The notes under the pieces were generated by a model. The model searched no databases and was not told the DNA's origin. It was given only the letters and a program-made list of their open reading frames with translations. A DNA stretch of 17,922 nucleotides from an uncultured bacterium (GTDB taxonomy: Bacteria; Abyssobacteria; SURF-5): contig CAZEBC010000060.1 in NCBI GenBank assembly GCA_964510165.1, positions 1-17,922 of the forward strand. The letters are read 5' to 3'. Position 1 is the stretch's first letter. The number at the start of each line of letters is the position of its first letter. A program made the translations under genes and the position numbers. Below are positions 16,609-17,922 of this stretch, piece by piece.

Positions 16609-16764
16609 TTATTCGCCGATATGTTTTTCCGGATTCTTTTGCAATATCGAGAAACATACCGGACAACATGCATAATACGTCTTGCCCTCGTATTCCTTCT
16701 CGAAACACATTTCGCTTTCATTCACCGGCTTCCCGCATACCTGACAAGTCTTTTCCTCCGCCAT
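16609..16764 (-). CDS. Small YHS/TRASH-domain metal-binding protein (51 aa)
   Basis: MAEEKTCQVCGKPV...YEGKTYYACCPVCFSILQKNPEKH fits the YHS/TRASH pattern xxVCG...Y.GKTYYFCC..C...F..NPEKY. GGAGGTG RBS at 16771-16777. The ORF track extension to 16929 looks spurious. Confidence 0.85.
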   Translation of the reverse strand: MAEEKTCQVCGKPVNESEMCFEKEYEGKTYYACCPVCFSILQKNPEKHIGE

Positions 16765-16898
16765 TTCCATCACCTCCAACCCCGGGATAAAGAAATCGGG
16801 AAAGGCCTCCGTTTTAGCACGCGGGACTCCCTTGTCGAAATCAAGGAGGCAGGGGAAGCCCTTCCCGAATCCGAATCTCGAAGCTGTCCCACAATCAT

Positions 16899-16920
16899 GT
16901 GGGTGCGAATTTATTCGCAC
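16899..16920. repeat. REP-like palindrome
   Basis: GTGG-GTGCGAAT-TT-ATTCGCAC just downstream of the DUF3347-like gene stop. Confidence 0.6.
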
Positions 16921-16930
16921 AGCTCCCACA

Positions 16931-17515
16931 CTAATTCACCTTGCGCGCGCATTTCGCCATGGACGGGCCGTAATAGGGATTACTCGGCTCATCCGTCTCC
17001 TGGAGCCACACCTTCTTCGCCATGTCACACACAAACACGGTCGCCTTATGCTCCCCTCCGAACTTCCCGTGGTACTCTACCACCTTTTCGCTCAGGCGCC
17101 CGAATTCGGACCGCGCCGACTCGAGGTCCTTCGCCTCGGAAAGCGCCGTGGCGGAAGCGGCGATCTCGCCGCTCAGCCCGTGCGGGCAGCCCATCTTTTC
17201 ATCCGACATGCATTTCATCGCGCATGCGGATTTCGTCGCGTCCGCCAGCGCCTTCGCGTTCTCGGACACTCCATCAAGCGAGTCCTTCGCAAGCGCCGAC
17301 CTGATGGCGAAATAGTTCTCGAAAAGGGCAGCCTTCTTGCCCGACGTTTCGCCCCCCATCATGCTGCATCCCGACATCGAATGCCCTTCATGTGAAGATT
17401 GCCCCTGTCCCGATGCTCCTCCGTGCTGGTGCTCGGCCTCGGCCCATCCGTGAGACGCGGGCAGCACCGCAAGCGTCAACGCTGCGGCTATTGCGACCAA
17501 TGTTCTTGTCCTCAT
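16931..17515 (-). CDS. Exported DUF3347-like metal-binding protein with His/Met-rich N-terminus
   Basis: Signal peptide MRTRTLVAIAAALTLAVLPASHGWA, then HQHGG...SHEGHSMSGCSMMGG, YFAIRSALAKD, ARSEFGRLS and CDMAKKVWLQ...NPYYG.SMAKC. This matches the DUF3347 and CPM...W...NPYYG..M..C pattern seen with CusB-like proteins. RBS AAAGGA precedes ATG 17515. Confidence 0.8.
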   Translation of the reverse strand: MRTRTLVAIAAALTLAVLPASHGWAEAEHQHGGASGQGQSSHEGHSMSGCSMMGGETSGKKAALFENYFAIRSALAKDSLDGVSENAKALADATKSACAMKCMSDEKMGCPHGLSGEIAASATALSEAKDLESARSEFGRLSEKVVEYHGKFGGEHKATVFVCDMAKKVWLQETDEPSNPYYGPSMAKCARKVN

Positions 17516-17589
17516 ATCGTGTTCCTTTCTACGACTTCGATCTTCTGTTTTTTCCATTGCGCCATCTGTCGGCATTGAACAGAATAATA

Positions 17590-17605
17590 AGCAAGCGCGT
17601 TGCCA
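17590..17605 (-). promoter_or_regulatory. Sigma54 (-24/-12) promoter for DUF3347-YHS-methyltransferase genes
   Basis: Minus strand TGGCAACGCGCTTGCT = TGGCA-N6-TTGCT, close to consensus, 75 nt upstream of ATG 17515. Confidence 0.75.
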
Positions 17606-17803
17606 ACTTGGGATGTGATTGCTAACTTATTGCAGCGACATATCTTAGGAGGGCGCTAATCCGTGAGACAGTCTCCGGACAGGCTTCTCTTTGTAGGCTA
17701 TTCCACAGATGCTTGTTTGTTTTGGAACAAGAAAGTAGGTTGGCGGAAGGTCTTTCTTTTCGCCAAGAAACCGGGAACCGATAACCGGAAACCTTTGTTC
17801 ATT

Positions 17804-17826
17804 GTAGGGGCGCATGGCGTGCGCCC
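17804..17826 (+). repeat. GTAG-type REP-like palindrome
   Basis: GTAGGGGCGCATGGCGTGCGCCC; similar to 11894-11914. Confidence 0.65.
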
Positions 17827-17859
17827 TGGCAGGCGAGCGAAAACTCGCAACAGCGGCCC

Positions 17860-17892
17860 CCCTGCCCTCTCCCAGTGGGAAAGGGTTAGGGT
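17860..17892. repeat. CCCTCTCCC/GGGAGAGGG palindromic repeat (BoxC-like), copy 2
   Basis: ccctgccctctcccagtgggaaagggttagggt versus ccctgccctctcccggtgggagagggttgggt at 8435-8466. Confidence 0.7.
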
Positions 17893-17922
17893 CAAGGCGC
17901 CTGAGATGCGGTAAAGGGCTTT

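Noticed and set aside
16765-16929. N-terminal extension of the YHS ORF to 106 aa
   Set aside because: It runs through a palindromic repeat and RNA hairpin. The strong GGAGGTG RBS supports 16764.
17663-17914. ORFs 17663-17914 (+) and 17698-17895 (-)
   Set aside because: They consist largely of translated repeats (VGAHGVRP, LSQWERVRV) and have no clear RBS.

Overview
GC-rich bacterial chromosomal window with no rRNA, tRNA, CRISPR array, transposase or integrase visible. On the left, a tightly packed minus-strand unit runs pcm (isoaspartate methyltransferase), uvrA, then a GT-C-type polytopic membrane glycosyltransferase that continues off the left edge and is missing from the ORF track. Upstream of it is an unannotated 48-aa ORF with its own RBS and sigma70-like promoter. 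The plus strand then carries a soluble PAS-PAS-PAS-GAF histidine kinase, a Tat-signal sulfatase, an aldo/keto reductase fused to an FN3-like domain (apparently needing a non-AUG start) and a C69/secernin-like Ntn hydrolase. The right-hand minus-strand genes encode a secreted EF-hand protein with unusual 17-aa then 14-aa tandem repeats, a response regulator with a degenerate GGDEF domain (GGPDF), and a probable metal/copper-related trio (DUF3347-like, YHS/TRASH, SAM methyltransferase). Good sigma54 -24/-12 elements precede the regulator and the trio. Intergenic spaces are full of palindromic repeats of several REP-like families. Nothing proves a new system outright. The best leads are the EF-hand repeat protein, the sigma54 metal operon with an internal attenuator-like RNA structure, the non-canonical AKR start and the small ORF.
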